Below, in pieces: positions 48,053 to 58,800 of a stretch of DNA of 64,000 nucleotides. Position numbers and translations under genes: made by a program. Source of the DNA: Candidatus Ozemobacteraceae bacterium (GTDB lineage: Bacteria > Muiribacteriota > Ozemobacteria > Ozemobacterales > Ozemobacteraceae); NCBI GenBank assembly GCA_965140445.1, contig OZ223236.1, forward strand, positions 2,336,001-2,400,000, read 5' to 3'. Position 1 is the stretch's first letter; each line of letters starts with the position of its first letter. The notes under the pieces are model-generated. The model saw only the letters and a program-made list of their open reading frames with translations. It made no database searches and was not told where the DNA came from.

Positions 48053-50254
48053 ATGGATTTGGCCTATAGATTGATTTTATACATATTAATTGGAAATGTC
48101 GGCTACATGATTCTTTCCCTTTCAAAAAAGGGATTTAAGAATTATTCAGGATATATCTCCCAGTTATTTTTTCTGTTGTGCTTAATGATAGTTCTGGTTG
48201 CCAAAGATGTTGGCGGAGGATTGGCCTTAAGCATATCTTTTGGCGGGATTTTTCTTTTGGTAATTCTTCCCATGTTTTTACAGAGGCAGATAGATGTTCT
48301 GGTCGCTGAAAACCGGCTTAACGAAATAGAATTTCTTGCAAGAATGAAGGCAAACCTTGCCTGGAGTGAGCTTAACGCTCATCTGCATAGAATTGCTGAG
48401 ATCACAAGCGAGATTGAAGAAGAGCAAAATACTGTAGTAGATAATTTGCGAAGTCTCCTTGGAAAAGGGCAACCTTTTGATGAAATGACAAGAGTTTTTC
48501 TGGGATTAATTCATTTTAACCAGAGAAATTTTAGTTTCATTATTCAGGATCTCATAGAAGAAGGCAAACCCTACGGGGAATATACTTTTGAAGAACAGCT
48601 TTATCTGGTTCGAGCTTTTTTAGAAACTGGTGACTATGAAAGAGCGGCAGAGGTGCAGTTAGCACTTGAAGCAAACCTCAACGGAGATGATTTTTCAGAA
48701 GAAAAGCGAGCAAATCTTGTCATTAGCAGAATGATTTTCTTTGCTTTTATGGGGTGGCTGGATGAGTTTGAAAATTTACTCAAATCTGGTGAATCAGGTA
48801 TAGAAAGACTTCCGCCTCCATTGATTGATTTCTGGACTGGAATTGCGCGATTTAATTCTGGAGATTTCGTTACTGGCGAGAAAATTATGGCACACGTAAT
48901 TTCCCAAAATGCAGTTGAAGGAAACGAGATGTGGCTCCCATTTATGCGTCAGAGGTATCATGGCTTGTTAGATAATAAGGAGCTGCTTTCCGAAAAACTT
49001 TTACCAATTTTAAAGGAATTAAATAAGAAATATAGCCAGCAAATTGTTGCTACAGCTGAAGCAAGTGTAACAAGTATACCTGTTATTGAACTGAAAGAGC
49101 AGGTTACAAACATTTTAACCTGGTTAACCATGATTGTTTCTGTTTCACTAATCATGGCCAGAAATATGGAAGATGTTGTTAATTTGGTTGCCATGGGAGC
49201 AAACAGCTCTTATCTGGTAAATCTTGGGCAGTATTACAGGCTATTTACCTACCAATTTATTCATATAGGCTGGACCCATCTTTTGATGAATTTATTTGCT
49301 TTGAAATTTTTTGGTCCGCCTGTTGAAACTGTAACTGGATGGCCAATTTTCCTGGGAATCTATTTTTTCTCTGGAGTTTGTGGTGGTCTTGCAGCTGTTG
49401 TTTACGGCCAGGCTCTTTCTGTTGGTGCATCCGCAGCTGTTCTTGGGCTTTTGTCTGCGGCAATTGTGCTTCAATTATTCAGAGTTAAAGGCTCAGGAAT
49501 TCTGGTCCAAAAAAGTAACTTTTCAACATTGATGTTTATTCTCTTTTTAAACCTAATGGTTGGTTTAGTTGAAAAAGGCGTAGACAATAGTGCGCATCTT
49601 GGTGGACTGGCCGGTGGGGCTGTTTTTGGCCTTCTACTTGCAGTAATATTAAACTTTCAGAAGTTAAAAAAAGCTTTTGAGATCTTTGTGATTATCTCAC
49701 TCGTTTCCTTAACTGGTTTTAGTTTGTTTCAGGGATACAAATATAGTGGTGAGTTACAATACCCGAATGGCGTTTCTATTTTTAGAGAAGTGACTAATGC
49801 ATCCGGAACTCTTGAAATAATGCTTCCAGATGGGTGGGTGGTTGAAAATGCTTCTGCACCAATGGAAACTCAAGGTTTTTCTGCTACAGGCCCCTTTAAA
49901 GAACGAATGAATGTTCTTATAGGTCTGAACACCGAGAAGGTTGAAACTTTTCTAAATGATTTTGTTAAACGAAAGACAAGCTCATTTGAAAGTATGTCTG
50001 ACCTGAAATTTATTTCACGTAAAGGTCCTGCTAAGAATCCTGGTCGAAGCGAAGATACATATCGAATTCGATGGGCTGTAACTGCTGATGGGAGGCCTTT
50101 GGCCGAGGTGGATTATTTAATGTTTGAGCGTGATCTGTTTTGCCTGGTTCAATTTTTTGTGGGCACAGAGCATACACAAGAATACAAGAAAAGTATGGAT
50201 ATAATTGTTAATTCAATCAAATTTAAAAATTCACTTTCGCTATGGAGTGACTAA
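48053..50254 (+). CDS. Multidomain rhomboid intramembrane serine protease
   Basis: YRLFTYQFIHIGWTHLLMN, SVGASAA (Ser), AHLGGLAGG (His). N-terminal TMs, TPR-like helical region and C-terminal soluble domain. Confidence 0.85.
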   Translation: MDLAYRLILYILIGNVGYMILSLSKKGFKNYSGYISQLFFLLCLMIVLVAKDVGGGLALSISFGGIFLLVILPMFLQRQIDVLVAENRLNEIEFLARMKANLAWSELNAHLHRIAEITSEIEEEQNTVVDNLRSLLGKGQPFDEMTRVFLGLIHFNQRNFSFIIQDLIEEGKPYGEYTFEEQLYLVRAFLETGDYERAAEVQLALEANLNGDDFSEEKRANLVISRMIFFAFMGWLDEFENLLKSGESGIERLPPPLIDFWTGIARFNSGDFVTGEKIMAHVISQNAVEGNEMWLPFMRQRYHGLLDNKELLSEKLLPILKELNKKYSQQIVATAEASVTSIPVIELKEQVTNILTWLTMIVSVSLIMARNMEDVVNLVAMGANSSYLVNLGQYYRLFTYQFIHIGWTHLLMNLFALKFFGPPVETVTGWPIFLGIYFFSGVCGGLAAVVYGQALSVGASAAVLGLLSAAIVLQLFRVKGSGILVQKSNFSTLMFILFLNLMVGLVEKGVDNSAHLGGLAGGAVFGLLLAVILNFQKLKKAFEIFVIISLVSLTGFSLFQGYKYSGELQYPNGVSIFREVTNASGTLEIMLPDGWVVENASAPMETQGFSATGPFKERMNVLIGLNTEKVETFLNDFVKRKTSSFESMSDLKFISRKGPAKNPGRSEDTYRIRWAVTADGRPLAEVDYLMFERDLFCLVQFFVGTEHTQEYKKSMDIIVNSIKFKNSLSLWSD

Positions 50255-50359
50255 ACAGAAAAAAATTGTGCACAAATTTGCTAAACCTTCTTGAAAAACT
50301 CTTACGAAAGTTATACATTCCATATCATAGAAATCAAATCTATAGGGGGCATACATTTC

Positions 50360-51073
50360 ATGAGGACAAAAAGATTTATAGTCCTGTTTCTAATGGTCGC
50401 TATTTTAATGCCATTTTCAGCTTTTGCCAAAAGTAAATGGACTGATTGGTGGAAACCTGGAGAGTGGTTCGGCAAAAAGGGTCGTTCAACTACAGTAACA
50501 GGAATTATTGATTCAGTTGCAGACAAAAAGGTTATGTTCAAGACACTTGATGGCCAGATGTTGCAACTTATCGGCGAAAAAGCTGAAAAGGTTGGAGAAA
50601 ATAGAAGTGTAAAAATCAGAGTTTTTGGAAACGTTCAGAAACCTGATCAGAAATATACTTCTGGTGCAATTCAGGTTAGAAGTTATAGGGTTTTGGAAGA
50701 AGTTGATGCTGTTGAACCTGTAACCACTGATACAACTACTCCTGAACCAATTGCAGAACCAGAACCAATTATGGAACCGGAACCATATCTTGAGCCAGAG
50801 CCAGTTGTAACTCCAGAACCTTATCCAGAACCAGCTCCAATGGCAGTTCCTGCAGATGAAATTGCAGAACCAGAACCAATGGTTAATGAAGAGCCAGAAG
50901 CTACTGAGCCAGAATATACTGAATACAAAGTAATGTCCGGTGACACACTTGGTAAAATCAGTAAAAAGAATTATGGCACAACAGCTAACTGGAAAAAAAT
51001 TGCTGAATATAATGGAATTAACAACCCAAGATCATTAAAGGTTGGAATGACTATTAAAATACCAAAAGATTAA
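50360..51073 (+). CDS. Exported LysM peptidoglycan-binding protein with Glu/Pro linker
   Basis: Signal peptide (AFA) from ATG 50360. C-terminal YKVMSGDTLGKIS...IAEYNGI..P..LKVG..IKIP. Confidence 0.9.
   Translation: MRTKRFIVLFLMVAILMPFSAFAKSKWTDWWKPGEWFGKKGRSTTVTGIIDSVADKKVMFKTLDGQMLQLIGEKAEKVGENRSVKIRVFGNVQKPDQKYTSGAIQVRSYRVLEEVDAVEPVTTDTTTPEPIAEPEPIMEPEPYLEPEPVVTPEPYPEPAPMAVPADEIAEPEPMVNEEPEATEPEYTEYKVMSGDTLGKISKKNYGTTANWKKIAEYNGINNPRSLKVGMTIKIPKD
50741..50910 (+). repeat. Degenerate coding repeat (EPEP units, ~18-nt period)
   Basis: PEPIAEPEPIMEPEPYLEPEPVVTPEPYPEP... with recurrent GAACCAGAACCA. Confidence 0.75.
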
Positions 51074-51171
51074 GTTCTGTGGTGTTAAAGTAGGAAATAA
51101 TTTGGAAACCATAAAGAATTATGGTATTTTCCATACAATTAATTCTTGATTGAAATTCTCAGGAGGAATAA

Positions 51172-51348
51172 ATGAAGAACATTGATATGTCTATTGAGGG
51201 CAACATCCTCACTCTTAAAGTTGATTTATCCAAAGATTTTGGAACATCTTCATCTGGCAAGTCTATTATAATTGCTACAAGCGAAGGCAACTATGCTTTA
51301 CCTGGCCGTGAAGAAAAAGTTGGTTTAAACGTTTACAGAAAAAAATAG
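51172..51348 (+). CDS. 58-aa conserved-looking small protein missed by the ORF track
   Basis: AGGAGG RBS; MKNIDMSIEGNILTLKVDLSKDFGTSSSGKSIIIATSEGNYALPGREEKVGLNVYRKK; followed by a terminator. Confidence 0.85.
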   Translation: MKNIDMSIEGNILTLKVDLSKDFGTSSSGKSIIIATSEGNYALPGREEKVGLNVYRKK

Positions 51349-51360
51349 TTTTAATCAAAT

Positions 51361-51402
51361 AAAGCTGTGCAACTCTCTGTAGGGTTGCACAGCTTATTTT
51401 TT
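51361..51402 (+). terminator. Intrinsic terminator
   Basis: AAGCTGTGCAAC...GTTGCACAGCTT followed by a T-tract. Confidence 0.8.
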
Positions 51403-51419
51403 TACCGGGGAAGTTTAAA

Positions 51420-52055
51420 ATGAAAAGAATTGGTTTGTTGTTGGCAATGCTTGTTTGTTTCTCGAGCATGTTATTGGCTGATACTTCATGTAAAAAGTTT
51501 GATGATGTGGGCGGAAGTTCCACAATGCCATATAATTTTCGCAGTATTGATAATAAGCTTTTTGCTGGCGGTTTTTTGTTTAACCCAGTATCAAAGGGTA
51601 ACTCAAAAGAAAAGGTTAAAGAATATTTATTGTTGTTGAAGTCAATGGGAGCAAAAAACATTATTTTGTTACATGTTCCTTTGAAATCGGATCGTTTCAC
51701 CCAGACTCTTGAAAAACTTTGTGATGAAACCGGTCTTTCACTTATTAAAAGAAGAATGAATGCTCTTCAGGTGCCAACTGAGGAGCAAACAAAAGAATTG
51801 CTTCAAGCTATTGATGAAGGCTCATATGTTCATTGCATGTGGGGATGTGATAGAACAGGGGCAGTTATTGCAAAATACCTAAGGCTAAAGCACGGCTTCA
51901 GCGGTAAAAAAGCCTGGGAAGCTATCATAAAAAATGGTTCTCATGCAGGCAAAATTGGCGGATTTAAGGTTAAGCCCTCAAATAGAAATCTACTTTTGTA
52001 TTTTTGGCCAGAAGTAGAGAGAGAAGCTCCTGAAGTCTTTGATTTTTACCGATAA
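51420..52055 (+). CDS. Exported cysteine-dependent (PTP/dual-specificity) phosphatase
   Basis: CX5R loop VHCMWGCDRTG, NFRSID, N-terminal signal peptide. Confidence 0.85.
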   Translation: MKRIGLLLAMLVCFSSMLLADTSCKKFDDVGGSSTMPYNFRSIDNKLFAGGFLFNPVSKGNSKEKVKEYLLLLKSMGAKNIILLHVPLKSDRFTQTLEKLCDETGLSLIKRRMNALQVPTEEQTKELLQAIDEGSYVHCMWGCDRTGAVIAKYLRLKHGFSGKKAWEAIIKNGSHAGKIGGFKVKPSNRNLLLYFWPEVEREAPEVFDFYR

Positions 52056-52101
52056 AAATCTCATAAACTTACCGTTTAAAACCAGGCTGATAAAAAAAAT
52101 A

Positions 52102-53541
52102 TTAGCCTGGTTTTTCTTCAGTTGTATCTTCTGGTGTCTCTTCTGATTGCCCCTCTGGAGCGGAAGTCTCAATCGGAGTCTCAACCGAAGGAGCATCCTC
52201 TGCAGTCGGCGAGGCTTCAGGGGCTGGAGCTTTAGCAGACGTATCTTCTGAAGTAGCATCAGCTGTTTCAGCGTTTGCAGTTTCCTGGGCACTTTCACCT
52301 TCTGAAGGTTGTGAAGTCTCAGGCTTAGCTGTTCCTTTTTTTCTGTTTAACTTATTCAGCAATGGCTTAAGCTTTTGTTTAAGATCCCAGATTTTTCCTT
52401 TAAAACCTTCGGGCCTTACTTCATTTTCAATTTCAACTGTTGCAGAAGGAATTGCTTCACCTGAGCTTTCACCCTCTTCCAGGCCTTCAGCTGCAATCTT
52501 TGCTTCTTTTTTCTTTTTGATTATTGTTGAAACTCCACCAATAGTTCCAGCAACTAAAACTAATAAAATGAGCCACATGCTTTTTAGTTTCATCATCCAA
52601 TACAATTTGGATGCTCCTGGTGGAGGATTCTTATTTGCCAAAGCCAGGTTGAGATGTTTTTCAGCCTTTTTCAAATTTGGTCGCTTTGCGTTAACATAAT
52701 ACAGTGCTAATGCGTAGTTGCCCCATGGGTCTTTCTGGTTTTTTCTTAGTAAGGTGTCTCCGTTTCTTTTTATTGTGGAGTAGTTTATTTTTGTTCCATT
52801 TAGCTGGGCTTCTATCAAATATACGCAGCCTTCGGGGGTTTTTGCTGCTTCCCTGTTCTTTTTGAAGAGGGCATCTATCTCTTTCCATTTTTCTTTTTTC
52901 TTAAGTTTTAATGCTTGAGCAAAGATAGAATCGAAAGAGTTTTTATCATTTTCTTCTTCATCTTCGTTGTCTGAAATATTTTTATCTGTTGGATTTTCCT
53001 CTTCATCAAGAGCTTTCTTTTCCCACTCATTGGCAACATCAAGGGTGAAACTCGACACAAAAGTAACTCGTTCTTGAACATAATCTTTTAAATTATCGTA
53101 GTTATAATATTTAGAAAGAACTTCAATTGCATCACCTAATTCAGATGATTTTTGTAACTGTTTCATTCTGGAAGCCATCTTAGCGGCTTCTTCGTCATCC
53201 TGAACCTTCATTTTTTTAGGGATTGGTTTTCTGGAAAGGTGCTCCACAACTTTTTCAATTGTTTGCAGCGAATTTAAAACTGGTATTTGTTTTTTTATTT
53301 TTTTTAAATCTGGTAAAGGTTCTTTGCGAGGTGGGATGGGAATGGGGGAAACTTTTGGTTTTGAAATCTCATGAGATTGATCCCTTTCCGGGATAACAAA
53401 GCCTGGATTTACCTTATATTTGACTGATGGGGATGGAAGCTGTTTTAACAGTTCTTCAGGACTAACCGCTCCCAATAATGAAATGCTTATTGAGAGAAGC
53501 GGTAATATTGTTAAAAAAAGCTTTTGTAAGAATTTAGTCAC
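52102..53541 (-). CDS. Hypothetical membrane-anchored protein with TPR-like helices and acidic C-terminal tail
   Basis: Signal peptide (GTG 53541 likely start, overlapping the rnhA stop), [11 protein letters not shown]...[11 protein letters not shown] helix, E/A/P/T tail. Confidence 0.65.
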   Translation of the reverse strand: MTKFLQKLFLTILPLLSISISLLGAVSPEELLKQLPSPSVKYKVNPGFVIPERDQSHEISKPKVSPIPIPPRKEPLPDLKKIKKQIPVLNSLQTIEKVVEHLSRKPIPKKMKVQDDEEAAKMASRMKQLQKSSELGDAIEVLSKYYNYDNLKDYVQERVTFVSSFTLDVANEWEKKALDEEENPTDKNISDNEDEEENDKNSFDSIFAQALKLKKKEKWKEIDALFKKNREAAKTPEGCVYLIEAQLNGTKINYSTIKRNGDTLLRKNQKDPWGNYALALYYVNAKRPNLKKAEKHLNLALANKNPPPGASKLYWMMKLKSMWLILLVLVAGTIGGVSTIIKKKKEAKIAAEGLEEGESSGEAIPSATVEIENEVRPEGFKGKIWDLKQKLKPLLNKLNRKKGTAKPETSQPSEGESAQETANAETADATSEDTSAKAPAPEASPTAEDAPSVETPIETSAPEGQSEETPEDTTEEKPG

Positions 53542-54007
53542 GTTTTGCTGAAAATTTGTCCCTTGATTCAACTGCTAACTTATCGCATCTTTCATTTTCA
53601 GGATGCCCTGAATGGCCTTTTATCCAATTCCAGGAAAGATCATGGGTGGTAGAAAGTTTGACCAGTTTTTCCCAAAGATCTTTGTTTTTTACAGGCTTTT
53701 TTGCTGCGGTTTTCCAGCCATTTTTTTGCCAATTTTCCAACCAGCCTTTTGTAAAGGCATCAGATATATATTTGCTGTCAGTAAAAACTTCTACTACGCA
53801 TGGCTCTTTTAGTGAGTCTAGTCCTTCTATTACAGCCATTAACTCCATGCGATTATTGGTCGTTTCTGCAGCTCCTCCAGATAGTTCCTTTTCTTTGGAA
53901 TTAAATCGCAAGATAGAGCCCCATCCGCCAGGGCCTGGGTTGCCACTGCATGCACCATCAGTATAAAGTTCTACTTTTTTGTTTTTTTCAGCTTTTTTTG
54001 ATTCCAT
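53534..54007 (-). CDS. rnhA: Ribonuclease HI
   Basis: [50 protein letters not shown] 54007. Confidence 0.97.
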   Translation of the reverse strand: MESKKAEKNKKVELYTDGACSGNPGPGGWGSILRFNSKEKELSGGAAETTNNRMELMAVIEGLDSLKEPCVVEVFTDSKYISDAFTKGWLENWQKNGWKTAAKKPVKNKDLWEKLVKLSTTHDLSWNWIKGHSGHPENERCDKLAVESRDKFSAKRD

Positions 54008-55847
54008 GAATAACCTCTGGTAGGAGAATTTCGAATTTTGTTCCTTTGTTTTGCTCACTTGAAACATCTATTGTTCCACCAAGCTCTGTTACAAGTTTCT
54101 TAACAATACTTAGCCCTAAGCCAGTTCCGCCATATTTTCTTTTGTTGCCATGGCTAACCTGGAAAAATGGGCTAAATATCTTATCAACATCTTCCTGTGC
54201 AATTCCTATCCCCGTATCTGTGACGCTATAATAAAGATCCTTATCCCGAATTTCTAAGTTAAAAAAAACTTTTCCCTCTTTACAAAATTTAAAGGCATTA
54301 ACGACCAGATTAATAATGGTTTGTTGTAATGCGAATTTGTCTGTTTCCAAAACTACTTTGCCTTCAGGAAAAGAAATTTCCAATTGGGTTCTGGCTGAAG
54401 CCAGTTGAAAGTTGATTACTGAACGCACATTTTCTATAACTTCGGTTAAATCAAAAACTTCTTTTTGATATGTGAATTTGCCGGCTTCAAGCTGTGAAAA
54501 GCGTAAGATTGAATCAATAAGACTTTGAAGGTGGTTTGAGCTATTATAGATTCTTTCGCCCAGTAACCTTACAGGCTGGGCCAAATTTTTTCCTATTGGA
54601 CCAGATTCATTCATTATCAATCTACCATAGCCCTTAATGGCTGTTAGAGGAGTTTTTAACTCGTGACTCATCATGGCTAGAAATTGTGATTTTGTTTTAT
54701 TTGCTTCTTCTGCTTTATTCTTAGCTTCAATTAAAGCCAACTCTGTGGCTTTTCGTCTATTTACTTCACTTTCTAATTGCTGAATTACCATTTCTTTGGC
54801 TTTGCTTTCTGCCTTGGCAACTATTACTTGTTCGTGGTTCTTTTCAATGGTCTCCTGCATTTTTTTGTAAACGTCCATACCCTTGGATGGGCCAAAAAGC
54901 TCAACCAAGAGCACGTAAGGCGGGAGAGGTGTGCTTTTTAATGAGTAAATTGAATTAATGGTGAGTTCAATTCTTCTAATACCTAAAGATGTTGTGATAT
55001 AGCTTAGGGCAATTATCAGGTGGACTGGACTTGAAGGAATTTCAGATGGTTTAAATTTGGGAAAAAGACCCGCATAAATCGCGCACCCAATACTCATTAA
55101 GACCAACCCAAAACTTAAAATTTGAGCTGGCTGCATTAGCTTCCCTTTGGCATTTTTCCAAAGATGAATAGCCATTGATGCCATGTAACCCAAGCTTAAA
55201 GCATAAATCATTCCAAAAATAAATTCTTTTTTGTTAGAAATCAGGTTAACCCTATCTATTAGTCCATGATTCATTAAAAAAGGAAGAGAGACATAAAAGC
55301 CTGAAATTATAAGAGAATATATTATTGGCTGATTATTGAACTCCACCTTACATAACTTGCTTAAAGTATTTAATGATGGAAAAACTAGAATAATGGCAAT
55401 TAAAAAGAAAATATTATTAAAGGCGATTTCCTTAAAATCCGCAAAATTAGTGAGCCAGAAAATGTAATCGAGAAAATTTCCGATTGCTGCACTGGCGGTT
55501 CCAATAGTTAAGAGCAAAATAACACTGTGTGAATCACTTTTAGTTGGAGTTCTAAGAAGTGCTTTAATACATATTATGGCTGAGATTATATTTATTGATA
55601 CAAAGATGGCATACATTAATTTTGCATGAATTATCGATCTTGCCGGGATGCCAAAATAATTGCAGAAAAAATACCCAGCCAGCATTGCCAGCATTGAAAT
55701 CCACATTATTAGAAGCTCTGGTTTTGAGAAACGCTCTGTTAATATCTTTTGCTGGTTAAATTCTTCTAGAGCTTCAGATTCAGAATTGGAAAGAGAAGCA
55801 TTGTGCTTTTCCAGTTCTGCCACTGAATATATGTTTATTTTTTCCAT
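53988..55847 (-). CDS. Sensor histidine kinase with ~8 TM helices and no extracytoplasmic sensor domain
   Basis: [34 protein letters not shown]. Confidence 0.93.
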   Translation of the reverse strand: MEKINIYSVAELEKHNASLSNSESEALEEFNQQKILTERFSKPELLIMWISMLAMLAGYFFCNYFGIPARSIIHAKLMYAIFVSINIISAIICIKALLRTPTKSDSHSVILLLTIGTASAAIGNFLDYIFWLTNFADFKEIAFNNIFFLIAIILVFPSLNTLSKLCKVEFNNQPIIYSLIISGFYVSLPFLMNHGLIDRVNLISNKKEFIFGMIYALSLGYMASMAIHLWKNAKGKLMQPAQILSFGLVLMSIGCAIYAGLFPKFKPSEIPSSPVHLIIALSYITTSLGIRRIELTINSIYSLKSTPLPPYVLLVELFGPSKGMDVYKKMQETIEKNHEQVIVAKAESKAKEMVIQQLESEVNRRKATELALIEAKNKAEEANKTKSQFLAMMSHELKTPLTAIKGYGRLIMNESGPIGKNLAQPVRLLGERIYNSSNHLQSLIDSILRFSQLEAGKFTYQKEVFDLTEVIENVRSVINFQLASARTQLEISFPEGKVVLETDKFALQQTIINLVVNAFKFCKEGKVFFNLEIRDKDLYYSVTDTGIGIAQEDVDKIFSPFFQVSHGNKRKYGGTGLGLSIVKKLVTELGGTIDVSSEQNKGTKFEILLPEVIHGIKKS

Positions 55848-58800
55848 TACTCGCTTGACCAGACTTCATTTAAAAAACCGCTCGCGGAATTTTCTCCGCC
55901 AGCAATGAACATTCTACCATTAACTGAGGCAGATTGGGAAAAACCTCTTTTAGAAAAATGTACTCCGGTAGCGGGTTCATTTTCTAATACTTTAATAAAG
56001 TTAAATCCATCTGAAGTTGTCCAAATATCGTTGAAGAAAGTAATTGAGCTTCCTGAAAACTTATCTGCTCCGCCTATAAGCCAATATCTATTCTTAAAAA
56101 AAACTGTTGCTGCAGAGCATCTTGGAGCAAAAGGACCATTAATGTTTTCAAGTAACCATAAATTTCCATTTGAGCTGGACCAGATGTCGTTCAATGGCCC
56201 CAAAACCCCGTTTTGATTTTTCCCATATCCTCCCCAAAGCCACATTTTTCCATTTATTACACCGCAGCTTGCTCTGATTCTTGGAAAAAAGCTGACAATC
56301 TGGGAGCCTTCTGTCCATGATGAGCCATCAGAAGTCTTCCAGCTATCGTCCAGATAGACTGGGTTTTCATTTGCATCAATTGTTACTCCGCCCAGTATCC
56401 AAATTTGATTATTAAACACACAAACAGAATGGAAAGCTCTTTTAAAGAAAGGCCCGGCGGCTACAACTTTCGTCCAGTTCCTGCCGTCCACACTATTCCA
56501 GACGTCATCGTAATAAGCTATTCCCGATTCTGTCTCTGAATAACCACCAATTAACCAGATCTTACCGTTAAAGACAACACAAGAATGCCCGGCACGAGGT
56601 TCAAACTGACTTGCCAGTGGTGTAGACGTTGAAGCGAGTTCTCTAGTCCAGCTTACCCCATCGGACGAGCGCCAAACGTCATTTAGAAATTCCCCGTCGT
56701 TTCCTCCGATGCACCAGAGATAATTATTAAACTCAATGACGGAGTGGTCTCTCCTTGAGGAAAAATGGGTTTCAACGTAAGCTTGTGCCACATCCTGACG
56801 CCAGACTTCGCCTTCTCTGCCAATTGTTGAGAAAGACCAGGAATAAGGGGAAAGTATAAAGTTGTTAGAGCTATCCTTCGCACTGGAATCAATGTTTAAT
56901 TGATATGAGGTAGAAAATGCCAGTGGTGAAGAAGGTGTGAAAATCATTTTATTGCCATCCCAGGCAAATGTTCCTGGAATATCTGTTCCGCCTTGCTTCA
57001 TTGTAAAGGCATTCTGGCAAGAAGTTTGATCCATTGTCTTAGAAAAAACAGTAACAATAGTAGTTTGGGTAGACACATTTGTTGCTGCATCTAGCGGCTG
57101 TAATTGAGAAAGTAATACTTCCGGTCTACTAACCGTTTTAAACGGGAGTAAAAAATCCTGCTCAAGTGTAAGGTTTGATGTGTCCTTGGCTGAAGATGAA
57201 ATTTTCAATAGATAAGAAAGATTATGAGCAAGGTTTTGTGAAAAAGCGATGTTAACGCCTCTGGAATCAGGTGTCCAGGTAAATGTAGGTGTTCCTGAAG
57301 CAGATGGTGAAATACTAAAAGCGCTTTCAACCGTTGATTTGGCCATCTCACGATCAAAAGCAAAGTTGAATGTCTGGTTGACTGGAACATCAATACTTCC
57401 TGCGTCGGGGGTGGTAGAAGAAATCGATGGGCCCGGAATCACCTCAGTCGTAAACTTAAAGTTTAGAGGCATTCCCAGAGGTTTATTGAACTGGTCCAAA
57501 GTAGTTGAAGCAATATAAATTTGATAATTCTGATTCCCGGCAAGGTTGCCACCAGGAGAAAGAGTTGCTCGCGTATTGGTTGAATCCCAGGCTATATTGA
57601 CTCCGCCCGTTGGTGAGGGGACAAAAATTGGATTAAAGGTAGAAGTTTTAACTGAATTAGAAAAGAATAAACTGAACTGGGTATTTACTGGGATATTTGT
57701 TGAGCCGCTCGCAGGCGTTATGTTATTGAAGACAAAAGCAGGGCTTTTAACCGTAGAAAAATTAACTGAGCTGGTTTGCCCCGTAACATTCCCATTCAAA
57801 TCTTCCCCAGAGTTGTCAATGATTATTGTGTAACTTGCATCTGGTGAAAAGGAGGGGTTACCGCGGCAAGATAATGAATTTCCAGACCATGAAAAAGAGC
57901 AGGTTTCGGGGGTAAAACCATTTAAAAGCTCCACCGCCTGTTGGGTTTTTATCTGATTCATTGGTTTATTAAAGTTTATCAGGATTGAACTGTCTGTGGC
58001 TATATTTGACGCATTATTGGAAACTGAAAATGATTCAACCTTTGGTTTCGCCTCAGTTTTGAATTGCATTACAAAGCTTTTCTGCATTTGCTGATTTTGG
58101 AAATCCAACGCTGCCGTTGCAATGCTGGCTGTATACAGAGTCGAAAAATCAAAAATACCTGGAATAGAAATCGTTGCGATCTTATTATCTGGGGCCCATG
58201 AAAAATTTGCTGTCCCGGGGTTCGGAGAGAAACTAAAGTTTTGAGCCGCGCTAACGGTATTCATGGCTTTGTTAAAATTGATTGTTAACACTGAGTTAAC
58301 CGGAACATTAATAGTGCCAGAGGCTGGGGTAACAGAAAGGGCAATGGCTCCAATAATTTCTTCGGCAACAAAGGTGAAACTTGTAGAACCTTCAATCAAG
58401 CTCCCTGAAAGGCTTGTTGAACTTGTTGAAATAGCGACCTGGTATGTGGCTTTGCTAACAAAGCTTTGTGAGGGTGAAATTGTTAGAGTTTTAAAATCCG
58501 AACTCCAATTTTTGGAGAAACCACTTACTAACGATGGGGTAAAAATTACTTCAACCGAACTCGAATTCATTGGAGTGTCAAATTCGACGATAACATCTGC
58601 ATTATAAGCAACGTTTTGCTGGAGGTTTGCTGGTGAGGTTGTCTTAACTCTGGGTCTTACATCTGAAATTACATTGAATTTGAAAGTAAAATCAGAAGCC
58701 AGAGTTAGATTATTTAAAGATTTTGCTGAAGATGCGATCTTTATAACTATTTCACTCCCCTGTGGAAGACTGGAGGAGGGGGTGAATACCAATTCAGTAT

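Noticed and set aside
50741..50910. Short periodic repeats as CRISPR or VNTR
   Set aside because: Degenerate in-frame Glu/Pro linker with no constant repeat-spacer structure.
51275..51700. 141-aa minus-strand ORF
   Set aside because: Antisense to the 58-aa gene, a terminator and the phosphatase gene.
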